This document shows positions 27,555 to 37,669 of a stretch of DNA of 64,000 bases, piece by piece; position 1 is the first letter of the stretch; each line of letters starts with the position of its first letter. The stretch spans positions 1-64,000 of the forward strand of contig JAXMOL010000019.1 of the NCBI GenBank assembly GCA_034669905.1. The letters are read 5' to 3'. This DNA is from Candidatus Hydrogenedentota bacterium (lineage in GTDB: Bacteria; Hydrogenedentota; Hydrogenedentia; Hydrogenedentales; JAEUWI01). The position numbers and the translations under genes are program-made. Below the pieces are notes generated by a model, which saw only the letters and a program-made list of their open reading frames with translations, was not told the DNA's origin and made no database searches.

Positions 27555-29162
27555 CTAGTCAACCTCTGCCGAGGGGGCCTCATCGGATGATACCTCTCCT
27601 TCGGCTATGTATCCCTCAAAGCGCGAAATAGTTTCACCCGTCGCTGTTTCGAGGGCGTGACGGGCGGAATAGACGGCCACGCGGGCGAGGGCAAGGCGGG
27701 CTTCGGCTTCGATCAGGTCCCGTTGCGCCTGGTTCAAGCGGGCCAAGGTCCCCTGCCCGGCCCGGTATTCTTTCTCGACCAGATCCCGGTTGGTATTCAC
27801 ATACTCCGCAGTGGTTCGCTGCAAGACCAGGGTGTCTTGGGCCGCGTGAAGGTTAATGGCGTTTTGGCGCACCTCCTGGGCGGCCGCCAGGCGAATCTCT
27901 TCGTGCAGGAACTCCGCTTCCTCGAGCTGGTAACGGGCCTCGGCCACGTTGGCGCGATTACGGCCACCGGCAAAGAGGCTATAGGAAAGATTGATGCCCA
28001 CGGTATGGCCGAAATCATCCTCTTCCAACCGGCCGTTGTCGCTGGTCTGGGCATCCTGCGAGGCGAAGGCACTCACTTGCGGATAGTAGACCGATTTGCG
28101 CTGCCCCAGCTGGGCGCGGATTCGCTCGACCTGCCAGGTGGATTGTTGAATGTCGGGACGGTTTGCGAGGGCGATAGCGAGCCGCTCCTCTTCATCGGGA
28201 ACCGCGAGGGCCTCGGCCGAATCTTCGGGGAGGGGTGCGATAGTAATTTCGTCTCCAAGACGCGCATCCGAGATACCCATCAGTGCCGCCAGGGCGACCC
28301 GGGCGATGGCCTGGTCACTTTCCGCGCGAATGCGCGCGGCTTTTGCAGCCCGGAGGAGCACTTCGAAATTGAGCACGTCACTCTTGGAACCCGTTCCCGC
28401 CTCACGACGCAATTTCGCCTCCTTCAGAAGCCGGGCATTGAACGCCTCGTCCGCCTCGGCAATCGCCACGTTTTCCCGGGCAAGCTGCACGCCGTAGTAA
28501 CTCTGGGCCACGGCATCCAATATCAGGCGGTATACTTCGCGGCGGGCCGCTTCCGATTCGTTGCGCCCGAATCGTGCCATGGCATGGGTATAGTGTCGGG
28601 AAAAGCCGTCAAAGATGATGTAGGAAGCCTGCAGGGAGGCCGTGTAGGACTCGACCTCTTCGTCAAAGGCATTGCGCGCTTGCAGCCCCGAGTAGAGGCC
28701 AGCCAAGGAGGAAAGCCCGATGGACTGAAGGGTGCCGGGGTTTAGTCCGGTGCCCAAGGCCTGCTGTGCGCTCTGCCCCAACACGCCATTCAAGGAGCCA
28801 AAAAGCGCCCCGTCTTTCGCGGCGCGAACGGTGTTGGCCGAAAGGTGGGTGTGGGATGCGGTGTAGGTCGCTTCGAGCTGGGGAAAGTAGAGGGAGCGCG
28901 CCTGATCGACCCGGCTGCGGGCCTGCTTCACCCGTGCCGCTGCCGCGAGGAGTGTCGGGTTCTTCTCAAGCGCAATCCGCTGGGCCTGCTCCAAGGTCAG
29001 CGATATGGGTGCGGAGGCCTCAGAATCTTGCGCCACTTCGGCATTCTCTTCCGATGCCTCTACCACCGTGACAGGAGCTGCCGCGTCATCCGCGTGCGTG
29101 GCTCCTGTCCACATCACGGTTGCAGCGAGCAAGGCAATAGTCAGGGCGAGCGGTTTGGTCAT
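27555..29162 (-). CDS. TolC family outer-membrane efflux protein
   Basis: Signal peptide; ALEKNP, YFPQL, IFDGF, YY.V, G..SKSDV and a second repeat with RPDI, YYPQV, LFAGG. Confidence 0.9.
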   Translation of the reverse strand: MTKPLALTIALLAATVMWTGATHADDAAAPVTVVEASEENAEVAQDSEASAPISLTLEQAQRIALEKNPTLLAAAARVKQARSRVDQARSLYFPQLEATYTASHTHLSANTVRAAKDGALFGSLNGVLGQSAQQALGTGLNPGTLQSIGLSSLAGLYSGLQARNAFDEEVESYTASLQASYIIFDGFSRHYTHAMARFGRNESEAARREVYRLILDAVAQSYYGVQLARENVAIAEADEAFNARLLKEAKLRREAGTGSKSDVLNFEVLLRAAKAARIRAESDQAIARVALAALMGISDARLGDEITIAPLPEDSAEALAVPDEEERLAIALANRPDIQQSTWQVERIRAQLGQRKSVYYPQVSAFASQDAQTSDNGRLEEDDFGHTVGINLSYSLFAGGRNRANVAEARYQLEEAEFLHEEIRLAAAQEVRQNAINLHAAQDTLVLQRTTAEYVNTNRDLVEKEYRAGQGTLARLNQAQRDLIEAEARLALARVAVYSARHALETATGETISRFEGYIAEGEVSSDEAPSAEVD

Positions 29163-29188
29163 GCCAATGGATTCTCCGAAGTAGCTAA

Positions 29189-32100
29189 TCAGCCGGGAAG
29201 GGCGGCAACATCCGCCGGAGCGGATCGGTTTTCTTCCAGCGTGGATTCAACAATGCGCTTACGTGCGGGCTCTACCGCCTCGCGCTCCGGCCAGGTGCGG
29301 GTGGCCAGATAGTATCCCAGTCGCCGAAAGTCGTTTAGAATCAGCAAGAGACAGGGAATAAGGATCAGGGTCAGCAAGGTGGCAAAGGCCACACCCGCCG
29401 CCAGCGATACGGCCATGGGCACCAGAAATTGGGCTTGGATATCTTTCTCAAGAATGAGGGGGGTCAGACCGCCACAGGTACTGATGGTGGTCAGGAAAAT
29501 GGCCCGAAAACGGCGCCGCCCCCCTTTCCAAATCGCATCACGGACCGTTTCCCCGCGGGCGATAAACCCATTGATACATTCGATCAATACGATGGCATCG
29601 TTCACCACCACGCCCGACAGGGCCACCATCCCAAACATACTCATCATGGAAAGGTTATAGCCCATGAGCAGGTGGCCGAGGATGGCGCCGATAATGCCGA
29701 AGGGTACCGTAACCATGATGACAGCAGGTTGCACATACGATCGGAAGATGGTGGCGATAATACTGTAAACGCCCAACATGGCGATCAGAAAGCCGATCCA
29801 GAGACTGCCCAGGGATTCCTGCGACTTGCGCTTCTCGCCCTGAAAACTCACCAGGATGCCCGGGTAATCGACGTGCAGTTGCTTGAAAAAACTTTCTTCC
29901 ATGGCGGCGACAATTTCATCCGTATTGGCGACGGCCGTATTCACCTCGGCGGTCACGGCGATACGCCGCATGCCATCGGTGCGCTTGATGTCGGAGAGCC
30001 CGGCCCCATAGCTGATGTCGGCCACGGAGTGAAGTGGGACTTCCTGCCCGAGGGGAGTGCGGATACGCCGCTGCTCCAACTCGGCCAACTGGCTTCGCTC
30101 TTCCTGGGTATAGCGCACACGAACCCGGATATCGTCCCTGCCCCGTTGGAGACGAAAGGCCTCTTCCCCAAAATAGCCGGCATTCACCTGGCGGGCAAGG
30201 TCGGATACCGTAAGTCCCAGTACGCGGGCCTCGGGCTTCAGCGTAAACTTGAGTTCATTCTTTCCGGGACGGAAGTCGTCCTGAATCTGGTAGACCCCGT
30301 CGTAGCTGCCCAGCTTGGCCTTGACTTCGGAAGCCGCCCGTTTGAGCTCCTCCATCTCATGACCACGGAGCCATATTTCAATCGCGGCACCGGGTGGCCC
30401 GGCTTCCATGCCGGTGACCGACAGGGAGATCACCCCGGGGATATCCCCCACTTCCGCTTCCCACTCGGCGGCGAGATCTTCAAAAAAGATACCCCGCTTC
30501 TGGGACTCGAGCAATTCGACGCGAATGGCACCGAGATTATTGCCGTACCGGGGCGGTCCCTCGGAGATGACCGAACCGACGAGGGCGAAGGTGTTACGCG
30601 TCAGCGGATCGCCGGTAACGGTCTCGCTTCGCGCTTCGATGCGATTGAGCGCACGCTCCAATTGTTTGACCGCATCTTCCGTTACAGACATGGGCGTTCC
30701 GTCGGGAAACTCTACGGTAGCCGTCAGGGTATCGGAATCGATGCTCGGAAACACTTCAAATTTGGCGACGCCGCTGGCGATGAGGCCGCCGGTGATAAAG
30801 ACCACCGAAATGGCCACGGCGAGACTCAGGTAGCGCCACCGGAGCGCCCCGCGAATAAACGGGGCATACACATCATTGATAAGCCATTCGAGCCAACCAT
30901 TGGCGAAGTGATGCACGACCTGGGCCGGACTCCGCCGCTTCCCGTTGCGCTCAGATCGAATGTTGGGGTCGGGCAGGTGGTTGAGGTGGGCCGGCAGCAG
31001 GATGAGGCACTCTACGAGGGAGATGAGCAAACAAGAGATCACCACAACAGGCACGATGGCGATAAACTTGCCCATGATTCCACCCACATAAGCGAGGGGG
31101 ATGAAAGCCACAATGGTTGTCGTAACGGCCGCAAGTACCGGCAGAAAAACTTCCCGTGTGCCTTCGACTGCCGCATCCAGGGGACCGAGTCCATTTTTTC
31201 GGGCCACATAGATGGACTCGCCCACGACAATGGCATCATCCACGATAACCCCGAGGACCATGATCAGTCCGAAGAGGGACACCATATTGATGGTCGCGCC
31301 GGCCATCCACATGATGCCGAGGGCGCCTGTGATACTGATGGGCATGCCCATGCCGGCCCAAAAACTCAGGCGCAGATCGAGAAAGAGCCAGAGCACGAAG
31401 AAGACCAGGATCAGGCCGATGACCCCGTTGCGCACCAGCAGGCTGATGCGGCCTTCGAGCATGGTCGACGTGTCATTCCAAACACGCATTTCCAGACCGG
31501 CAGGCAGGCCCGCCTGTTTTCCGGCCACATAGTCACGTACCCTTTCAGCGATGGCAAGGGCATCTTCTTCCTGGGTCTTCAGAACCGCCACACTGATCGC
31601 GGGCTTTCCGTTCAGGCGGGAAATGAGATTGTCTTCGGCGAAACCATCGTCGATTTCCGCGATTCGATCCAGGGTAATTACATCCCCGTCGGCACTGGCC
31701 ATGACAACAATCTCAGCCAGTTCTTCCCCCGTGTACTTACGCCCGACCGTCCGCAGCCGAATGTCTTCCCCTGCCGTCCGGACCGTGCCCCCGGCGAGGT
31801 TCATGCTACTCATCCGCACGGCCTGGGACACCTGGGCAAAGGTCAGACCGTATTCGCGGAGACGCGACTCCGACACTTCGATCCCGATTTCGTATTCCCG
31901 CGCGCCCATGATCTGGACCTGGCTCACTTCGTCCAGGACCTGAATTTCTTCCTTGACCTGTTCGGCCCATTCTTTCAGCTGGCGTTCGGAAAGGGCCTCC
32001 CCGGCCAGGGCCACCATGAGTACCTCGGCCCGCAGAAGGACCTCTTCGGTAATGGGTTTTTCGGCTTCAACCGGAAAGGTGGAGATGGCATCCACCTCAT

Positions 32101-32431
32101 TGCGAACTTTCTCCTTGACGATGGCGGTATCGAAGCGTTCATCCACTTCGATGAGCACGCTCCCCACGCTTTCGCCCGAGGTCGAGGTATAGGTCTTGAT
32201 CCCCTCAATGCCTTCAATCGCCTCTTCGATTTTTCGGCAGATACCTTCTTCCACATCTTCGGGATCAGCGCCGGGCCAGGGCACCGCCACCGAGATATAG
32301 TCCAGGCTGAACTCCGGAAAGGTCTCCCGTACCATCTTCGACGACGCGATAAGGCCCACGACGAGAAAGAGGAGCAGCATGATATTGGCGAAAACCGTAT
32401 TTCGCGTGAATGCCCTCAGAATCGCCCTCAT
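29189..32431 (-). CDS. RND efflux permease (AcrB/AcrD/AcrF family)
   Basis: 1080 aa; PGADPEDVE, GVIVDDAIVVGE, GVVVNDAIVL, RFRAIFLTT. Confidence 0.95.
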   Translation of the reverse strand: MRAILRAFTRNTVFANIMLLLFLVVGLIASSKMVRETFPEFSLDYISVAVPWPGADPEDVEEGICRKIEEAIEGIEGIKTYTSTSGESVGSVLIEVDERFDTAIVKEKVRNEVDAISTFPVEAEKPITEEVLLRAEVLMVALAGEALSERQLKEWAEQVKEEIQVLDEVSQVQIMGAREYEIGIEVSESRLREYGLTFAQVSQAVRMSSMNLAGGTVRTAGEDIRLRTVGRKYTGEELAEIVVMASADGDVITLDRIAEIDDGFAEDNLISRLNGKPAISVAVLKTQEEDALAIAERVRDYVAGKQAGLPAGLEMRVWNDTSTMLEGRISLLVRNGVIGLILVFFVLWLFLDLRLSFWAGMGMPISITGALGIMWMAGATINMVSLFGLIMVLGVIVDDAIVVGESIYVARKNGLGPLDAAVEGTREVFLPVLAAVTTTIVAFIPLAYVGGIMGKFIAIVPVVVISCLLISLVECLILLPAHLNHLPDPNIRSERNGKRRSPAQVVHHFANGWLEWLINDVYAPFIRGALRWRYLSLAVAISVVFITGGLIASGVAKFEVFPSIDSDTLTATVEFPDGTPMSVTEDAVKQLERALNRIEARSETVTGDPLTRNTFALVGSVISEGPPRYGNNLGAIRVELLESQKRGIFFEDLAAEWEAEVGDIPGVISLSVTGMEAGPPGAAIEIWLRGHEMEELKRAASEVKAKLGSYDGVYQIQDDFRPGKNELKFTLKPEARVLGLTVSDLARQVNAGYFGEEAFRLQRGRDDIRVRVRYTQEERSQLAELEQRRIRTPLGQEVPLHSVADISYGAGLSDIKRTDGMRRIAVTAEVNTAVANTDEIVAAMEESFFKQLHVDYPGILVSFQGEKRKSQESLGSLWIGFLIAMLGVYSIIATIFRSYVQPAVIMVTVPFGIIGAILGHLLMGYNLSMMSMFGMVALSGVVVNDAIVLIECINGFIARGETVRDAIWKGGRRRFRAIFLTTISTCGGLTPLILEKDIQAQFLVPMAVSLAAGVAFATLLTLILIPCLLLILNDFRRLGYYLATRTWPEREAVEPARKRIVESTLEENRSAPADVAALPG

Positions 32432-33825
32432 GATGCGTTCTCTGCATCATCCTCAAGGCGAACGAGGGTGTTGGGAAGGGGGTTGGCCAATCGGGTCGTG
32501 ATCACCTGCTCACCGGGAGAGAGGCCACCGCGCACGAAGGTCTCCTGTCCCTGGCTGCGAACTACTTCGACCCCCTGGATGGCCAGTCGACCATCCCGTA
32601 CCACGTACACGTTGCCCTCGTAGGTGACCGCCCAACGGGGAAGTCGGTAGACCTCTTTCATCGGCTTGCCCGGTATAGACACCTTGCAAAACATGCCCTC
32701 TACGAGGGGAAGTCCGTCGATACTGCTCCGGGCCGCTTCACCGGAAACACGGACCGCAACACTGATGGTCCGGTTCTGCTGGTCAAAAGTCTCGATACGG
32801 TGAACCTTGCCTTCCCAACGATGCTGTTCCGTATCCTCGGTCCAGGCCACTTCACAGGTAACGGGCTTCAGGTCTCCGAACCAACCAACGTTGCTGTCGG
32901 CGTTCGACTCGAATTGCAGCCAGTCTTTGGCATCCCGACTATCCAGGGATACGGATATTTCCAGAATCTGGTCATCGGCCAGCGTCACAAGGGGCGCTGC
33001 GGGTGAAACATACTGCCCCTGCTCCACGTTGACCGCTTTGATGCGCGCGTTAAAGGGGGCCCGTATTTCGGTGCGCGCCAGATTGACCTTCGCAAGTTCA
33101 CGCTGGGCCTCGGCCCCATCCAGTGCACTGCGGGCCTCTTGTATCTGGACCGGATACAGCGCGAGGGCCTGTGCAAGCTGATCCCGGGCATCGGCGGCCT
33201 GGTTCAACTGCATCTCGACATGGTCAACAGCCGAACGGGTTCCCACATCGTCTTTTTCAAAGAGGTCCCGGGTACGCTCGAAATCGCTCTGCATCAAGGC
33301 TTCGTTACGTTCCAGGGTCTTCAGACGGGATTGATCAATGGCATACTGGCGCTGGAGACGTTCGATGCTCTGGGTGACTTGAGCGACCTGCGCTTCCGCC
33401 TGGGCCAACGCCGACTCATAGTCGCGTGGATCGATACGAAGCAGCAGCTCGCCTTCCTTGATGGCCTCCCCCATTTCAAGGCGGGGGTGTATCTCCACCA
33501 CCTTGCCCGAAATCTCCGGCGACACGGGCACCACGTTCAGTGCCCGCACTTCTCCGAGTCCGGTCATCATCACGGGGGCATCTTCCAACGCGACGACAGT
33601 GGCCGAAGCCGAAATAACCCGCTCCGATGTCTTGGCTTCCGCAGGCGGTTTCTTCAGCATGGACAGCCCCATGAAACCGCCGACGCCCACCGCCAATACC
33701 GCGATGACGGCCAATACGCGGGTCACCAGGCCCACCTCTCTGGCAGACCCGTTTTCCGGAGCACTGGCCGAGGGTTCCTCTTCCTCGGGCTCATTCACCG
33801 AATTGTCCGTGTTGCGCTGACTCAT
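32428..33825 (-). CDS. RND periplasmic adaptor (membrane fusion protein)
   Basis: N-terminal TM, lipoyl halves SGKVVE and IRAPF, coiled coil, GLSPGE. Confidence 0.92.
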   Translation of the reverse strand: MSQRNTDNSVNEPEEEEPSASAPENGSAREVGLVTRVLAVIAVLAVGVGGFMGLSMLKKPPAEAKTSERVISASATVVALEDAPVMMTGLGEVRALNVVPVSPEISGKVVEIHPRLEMGEAIKEGELLLRIDPRDYESALAQAEAQVAQVTQSIERLQRQYAIDQSRLKTLERNEALMQSDFERTRDLFEKDDVGTRSAVDHVEMQLNQAADARDQLAQALALYPVQIQEARSALDGAEAQRELAKVNLARTEIRAPFNARIKAVNVEQGQYVSPAAPLVTLADDQILEISVSLDSRDAKDWLQFESNADSNVGWFGDLKPVTCEVAWTEDTEQHRWEGKVHRIETFDQQNRTISVAVRVSGEAARSSIDGLPLVEGMFCKVSIPGKPMKEVYRLPRWAVTYEGNVYVVRDGRLAIQGVEVVRSQGQETFVRGGLSPGEQVITTRLANPLPNTLVRLEDDAENAS

Positions 33826-34328
33826 GCGAGAGAATCCTTCGTAGAAATTGGGGGTGCGTCCGCAGAATCCTCTGCCTGAATGATTTCGCGCACCCGCGAA
33901 TACACATCACACCACTGGTCCGTATACTCGGGTCCAAGTTTGCTCAAAAGTTCGGTAATGTAACGGAGGATTTCTTCCTCCAACTGCTGAAACTGCAGAA
34001 AACCATTGTCCGATAAGCGAATACGCACTTCACGACGATCCGCCTCCGCCTGTTCTCGCGCAAGGAGTCCCATTTCGACCAGGCGGTCCACCATGGTCGA
34101 CGCCGAAGGCCTCGAAACATGAAGCACATCGGCCAATTCTTTCAAGGAGAGTTCCCCCCGCTCCTGAACGGCCATCACCACATTGCCCTGGGTAAAGGTC
34201 AAATCAGGACAGATCGCCCCGCCCGCCCGTTGCCGGGCGGCGAATTCGTGCCCCAACCTGTTCCGCAACATGCGCACGGTCTGATATAGTTGTCGCGCTT
34301 GGGTCATTGTGTTACAGGAATCGGTCAC
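33822..34328 (-). CDS. MarR family transcriptional regulator
   Basis: LTFTQ, ELADVLHVSRPSASTMVDRLVEMGL, DRR.V.I.L...G. Confidence 0.92.
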   Translation of the reverse strand: MTDSCNTMTQARQLYQTVRMLRNRLGHEFAARQRAGGAICPDLTFTQGNVVMAVQERGELSLKELADVLHVSRPSASTMVDRLVEMGLLAREQAEADRREVRIRLSDNGFLQFQQLEEEILRYITELLSKLGPEYTDQWCDVYSRVREIIQAEDSADAPPISTKDSLA

Positions 34329-34347
34329 GGCGTCCCCACAGGTCGGC

Positions 34348-34399
34348 TATAATTTACTTAGCATTCCTAATTATACGAGAAGCCCTTCAGAAAAACCAA
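34348..34399 (-). promoter_or_regulatory. Promoter and candidate MarR operator of the efflux operon
   Basis: Minus strand TTGGTT-N18-TATAAT; adjacent inverted repeat TTAG-N5-CTAA (34358-34370). Confidence 0.55.
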
Positions 34400-34485
34400 C
34401 TTCAAAACCGCAACGCCATTGATGGCATCTGATGACATAGTATAATACTGACCCGCCATGAAATGAAAGGGGCATATTGGCTTAA

Positions 34486-35418
34486 ATGAGCACTATACAC
34501 CGTATCCATGCTGCCCCCGAAAACCTGGCGGCTTTCATCCACGAGATCCTGCCCGCCTACGAGGGAATTTACGGCCCGGAAGCGGCCCGCCACTACCGCG
34601 AGCGGGCACCACAGGACGTGGCCCAAACTATTGCCCACCCGGCTATTCGCTGCTATGCCATCATGGAAGGCCGGCAGGCCGAGGCGTTGCTCTTCATTCG
34701 CCCGACACCCACCCGGTACCTGATCTCCTTTTTCCATGTACTTCTGGGAAGTCCGGCGGAAGCACGGTCCGGGGAATTACTCGCCTACGCCGTCAACGAT
34801 CTCGCGCAGGCCGGAAACCCGCTGATTGTCTCTGAATACCTGGCTTTTTCTCCCCTGGCGCTGGATGATACGTATGCGGCCCTGGGATTTCAGTGCATCG
34901 GCCGCAGCCTGCAACACAACACGCATCTCCCCTCCCCTACCGCTGGTCCTCCGGTCGCTTCGATTACCCCATGGGATGCATCCGGCATGGGCACCGTGGC
35001 CCGAATACTGGCCGACACCTATGCCGACCACCCGGAACAGATTCTCTTTGAAGAAACTTCCAGCGTGGAAGCGGCCCATCGTTTCCTGGTGCAGACTCGG
35101 GCGGGTGCCTTCGGGAGCTGTCTTTCAGCGTATCAATTGGGAGCCTGGCTGGACGGTACGTGCGTGGGCTTTGCCCTGGGCAGCGAAGTTGTGGCCGGAT
35201 TGGGCTTTGTGTTACATATGGCGGTTCTGCCTGCGTATCAGGGACAGGGTATTGGACGTCAACTACTCCATCACCTGACGGCAGCGTTTGCGCAACAAGG
35301 CCTGGGCCGCGTGGCCCTCGGTGTAACCAATTCGAACACAGCACGTTATCTTTATGAATCGGCTGGATTCGAGACCGTACAGCCTTTTCCGGTATATTAC
35401 CGCCTCCCCAAGACATAG
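34486..35418 (+). CDS. GNAT family acetyltransferase (tandem-domain size)
   Basis: AVLPAYQGQGIG, N.ARYLYESAGF. Confidence 0.85.
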   Translation: MSTIHRIHAAPENLAAFIHEILPAYEGIYGPEAARHYRERAPQDVAQTIAHPAIRCYAIMEGRQAEALLFIRPTPTRYLISFFHVLLGSPAEARSGELLAYAVNDLAQAGNPLIVSEYLAFSPLALDDTYAALGFQCIGRSLQHNTHLPSPTAGPPVASITPWDASGMGTVARILADTYADHPEQILFEETSSVEAAHRFLVQTRAGAFGSCLSAYQLGAWLDGTCVGFALGSEVVAGLGFVLHMAVLPAYQGQGIGRQLLHHLTAAFAQQGLGRVALGVTNSNTARYLYESAGFETVQPFPVYYRLPKT

Positions 35419-35466
35419 ACTCGGATTTCACCCTCGACATTCCATGCCGCTTTTGGAGCCATCTGT

Positions 35467-36462
35467 ATGATAAAGAAACTCGCCATTGCCGCCGCCGTAT
35501 TGGCCCTCATTGCCGCGATTGCCGCGGGCATCGCCCTGAATCAATTGAATGGCTCCTACGGTATCTTTACGTCGGAGACCGTGCACCACGACACCCTGGC
35601 CCTTCCCGATACGCGCCTGCGGGTTTCCATCGACACCTTGCAGCTCGGTGCCGACATGGTGCCTTACCTCCCGGAAAACCCACCCTTGCCCGGCTGGCTC
35701 CCCTGGGATCTACCGAGCCTGCTTCCAAAGGTACTCCCAAGAGAAGTCGCGGTGTTGGGGGGCTCTGATTTCGCAGATGGCGCCTACAATCTCGTTGTCT
35801 TTGTCAATGAGCAACGGGGTGGTCCGGCCCTGCCGGAATACCTGAACAACCAATACCAATTTCAGAAGCAATTCCCGGCGGTGACCTGGGCCCCCGAGGG
35901 ATTCCAACTGGAACGCCGGGGCGTGCTCTCCGCCCAGGGGCATATTCCCCTTCCCCTGGATTTGGAAGATACCATTCTGCAGACGTGGTCCCTCGATTTG
36001 CCGGAAACCCCACTCACCCTGTTTGGGGGGCACATGGCGGAAGCCGTGGTCGACAATCGGAACGGTGAGATCATTACCCTCATCGCCGCCCTTGCCCCCG
36101 TGTGGAATTCCTCGCTGGAGCAAATGAAGCAAAATCCCCAGTTGGATGCCCTCTTAACCCTGCTGCTCGACGTTACCGACATTCGCCTGGCCATCGATTT
36201 CAAATCAACTGATATCCTGCTTCTCCAGTTTCGGATCCACGCGGCCCAGTCGGTGGGCGGTCAGTTGGAGTTCTTCATTCCGTTGGCCATCCCCATGCTC
36301 TCCCAACAATTGCAGCTACAGTATGGCCTTACCCTGGAGAGTGAAAACGAGTGGAATCCGAACGACGAGGTCTACACCGCTGATCTCTCGATCATTGGCG
36401 TCGAAGAAAAGCTGAAGGAGTACTTCAAGACGGTGGTTCCCGCTGCACCCGCCCCGCAATAG
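35467..36462 (+). CDS. Hypothetical membrane-anchored/exported protein
   Basis: Long ORF with hydrophobic N-terminus; no recognised motif. Confidence 0.65.
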   Translation: MIKKLAIAAAVLALIAAIAAGIALNQLNGSYGIFTSETVHHDTLALPDTRLRVSIDTLQLGADMVPYLPENPPLPGWLPWDLPSLLPKVLPREVAVLGGSDFADGAYNLVVFVNEQRGGPALPEYLNNQYQFQKQFPAVTWAPEGFQLERRGVLSAQGHIPLPLDLEDTILQTWSLDLPETPLTLFGGHMAEAVVDNRNGEIITLIAALAPVWNSSLEQMKQNPQLDALLTLLLDVTDIRLAIDFKSTDILLLQFRIHAAQSVGGQLEFFIPLAIPMLSQQLQLQYGLTLESENEWNPNDEVYTADLSIIGVEEKLKEYFKTVVPAAPAPQ

Positions 36463-36473
36463 GGATGGCGCCC

Positions 36474-37073
36474 TTAGAGGAGGGTCCGCCCTTCCATGGC
36501 GTGAGAAAGGGTGGCGTCGTCGGCAAATTCGAGGCCGCCTCCCATGGGCACACCGTGCGCGATGCGGGTCACCTTGACGTCGCGCTGGCCGAGTTGGCGG
36601 GCGAGGTAGAGGGCGGTGGCTTCGCCTTCGGCCGTGGCGTTGGTCGCCACTATGACCTCGTTGACCTGCCCCGAATCCAGCCGGTCATAGAGCCGATCCA
36701 GACAAAGTTCGGCGGGACCAACACCATCGAGGGGGTTAAGCACACCGTGGAGCACGTGATAGCGCCCGCGAAACATGCCCCCTTTTTCGATGGCCATGGC
36801 CCCCACGGGCTGCTCCACCACACAAATAAGGGACCCATCGCGGCGTTCACTGCTGCAGATAGTGCAGGGGTTCACTTCGGTCAGATTGCGACACTCCGAG
36901 CACATGGAAATACGGGCCCGGGCCGTAACCACGGCCTCGCTGAGCAGCCGTGCTTCTTCTTCTGGCGCACTGAGCAAGTGGAGGGCCATGCGTTCGGCCG
37001 AACGCTTTCCCACCCCGGGGAGCCGACGAAAGGCATCCACCAATCGTTCTACGGCTGGGGAGTCAAGCAGCAT
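36474..37073 (-). CDS. recR: Recombination mediator RecR
   Basis: LPGVGKRSAER, C4 zinc finger, Toprim ICVVE, YHVLHG, EGEATA. Confidence 0.97.
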   Translation of the reverse strand: MLLDSPAVERLVDAFRRLPGVGKRSAERMALHLLSAPEEEARLLSEAVVTARARISMCSECRNLTEVNPCTICSSERRDGSLICVVEQPVGAMAIEKGGMFRGRYHVLHGVLNPLDGVGPAELCLDRLYDRLDSGQVNEVIVATNATAEGEATALYLARQLGQRDVKVTRIAHGVPMGGGLEFADDATLSHAMEGRTLL

Positions 37074-37079
37074 GACGGA

Positions 37080-37601
37080 TCAGCCTGCGGACTCGGTAGC
37101 ATTCGCCAGTTCGGCGCGCACCGTTTCCCACTCCTGCAAGACGGTCTGGCGGGAAATAATATCGAGGCGGTCCGGAAATAGAACGCCTTCGAGGTGATCG
37201 TATTCATGCTGAATGATGCGCGCCACGAAATCGTGGGCTTCAAAATGAAGGGGGGCACCGGTCTCATCCAGGGCTTTCACCTCGATACGGGTGGCACGGG
37301 GCACGCGGTCGGAATAGACGCGGGGCATGCTGAGGCACCCCTCCTCCCCTTCCTGGCGCCCTTCCATGGCGACAATCTCAGGATTGACCAGGCACAGGGG
37401 CTCCCCTTCGGGGGCCTGCATGACAAAGATGCGCTTGGCGAGACCCACCTGGGGTCCTGCAAGGCCGACGCCGTCATGGGCGTGCATGGTCTCAATCATA
37501 TCCTGCGCCAACTGGACAACCTCGGGACCGACGGTTTCGAAGGCTTCGGCCTTCCGGGTCAAGGGGTCATCGGGATACAGCACTACATTTAGAACAGACA
37601 T
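37080..37601 (-). CDS. def: Peptide deformylase
   Basis: GVGLAGPQVG, EGCLS, QHEYDHLEG. Confidence 0.97.
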   Translation of the reverse strand: MSVLNVVLYPDDPLTRKAEAFETVGPEVVQLAQDMIETMHAHDGVGLAGPQVGLAKRIFVMQAPEGEPLCLVNPEIVAMEGRQEGEEGCLSMPRVYSDRVPRATRIEVKALDETGAPLHFEAHDFVARIIQHEYDHLEGVLFPDRLDIISRQTVLQEWETVRAELANATESAG

Positions 37602-37669
37602 TCTGCAACTCTCCTGAATGGAATTCTAGCATATGCCCCCAGGCGGGGCCAAGAGTGGGCCGTGAGACC

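Noticed and set aside
29429..32623. 1064-aa plus-strand ORF
   Set aside because: Antisense shadow of the RND permease, expected from GC-rich codon bias; no protein motifs.
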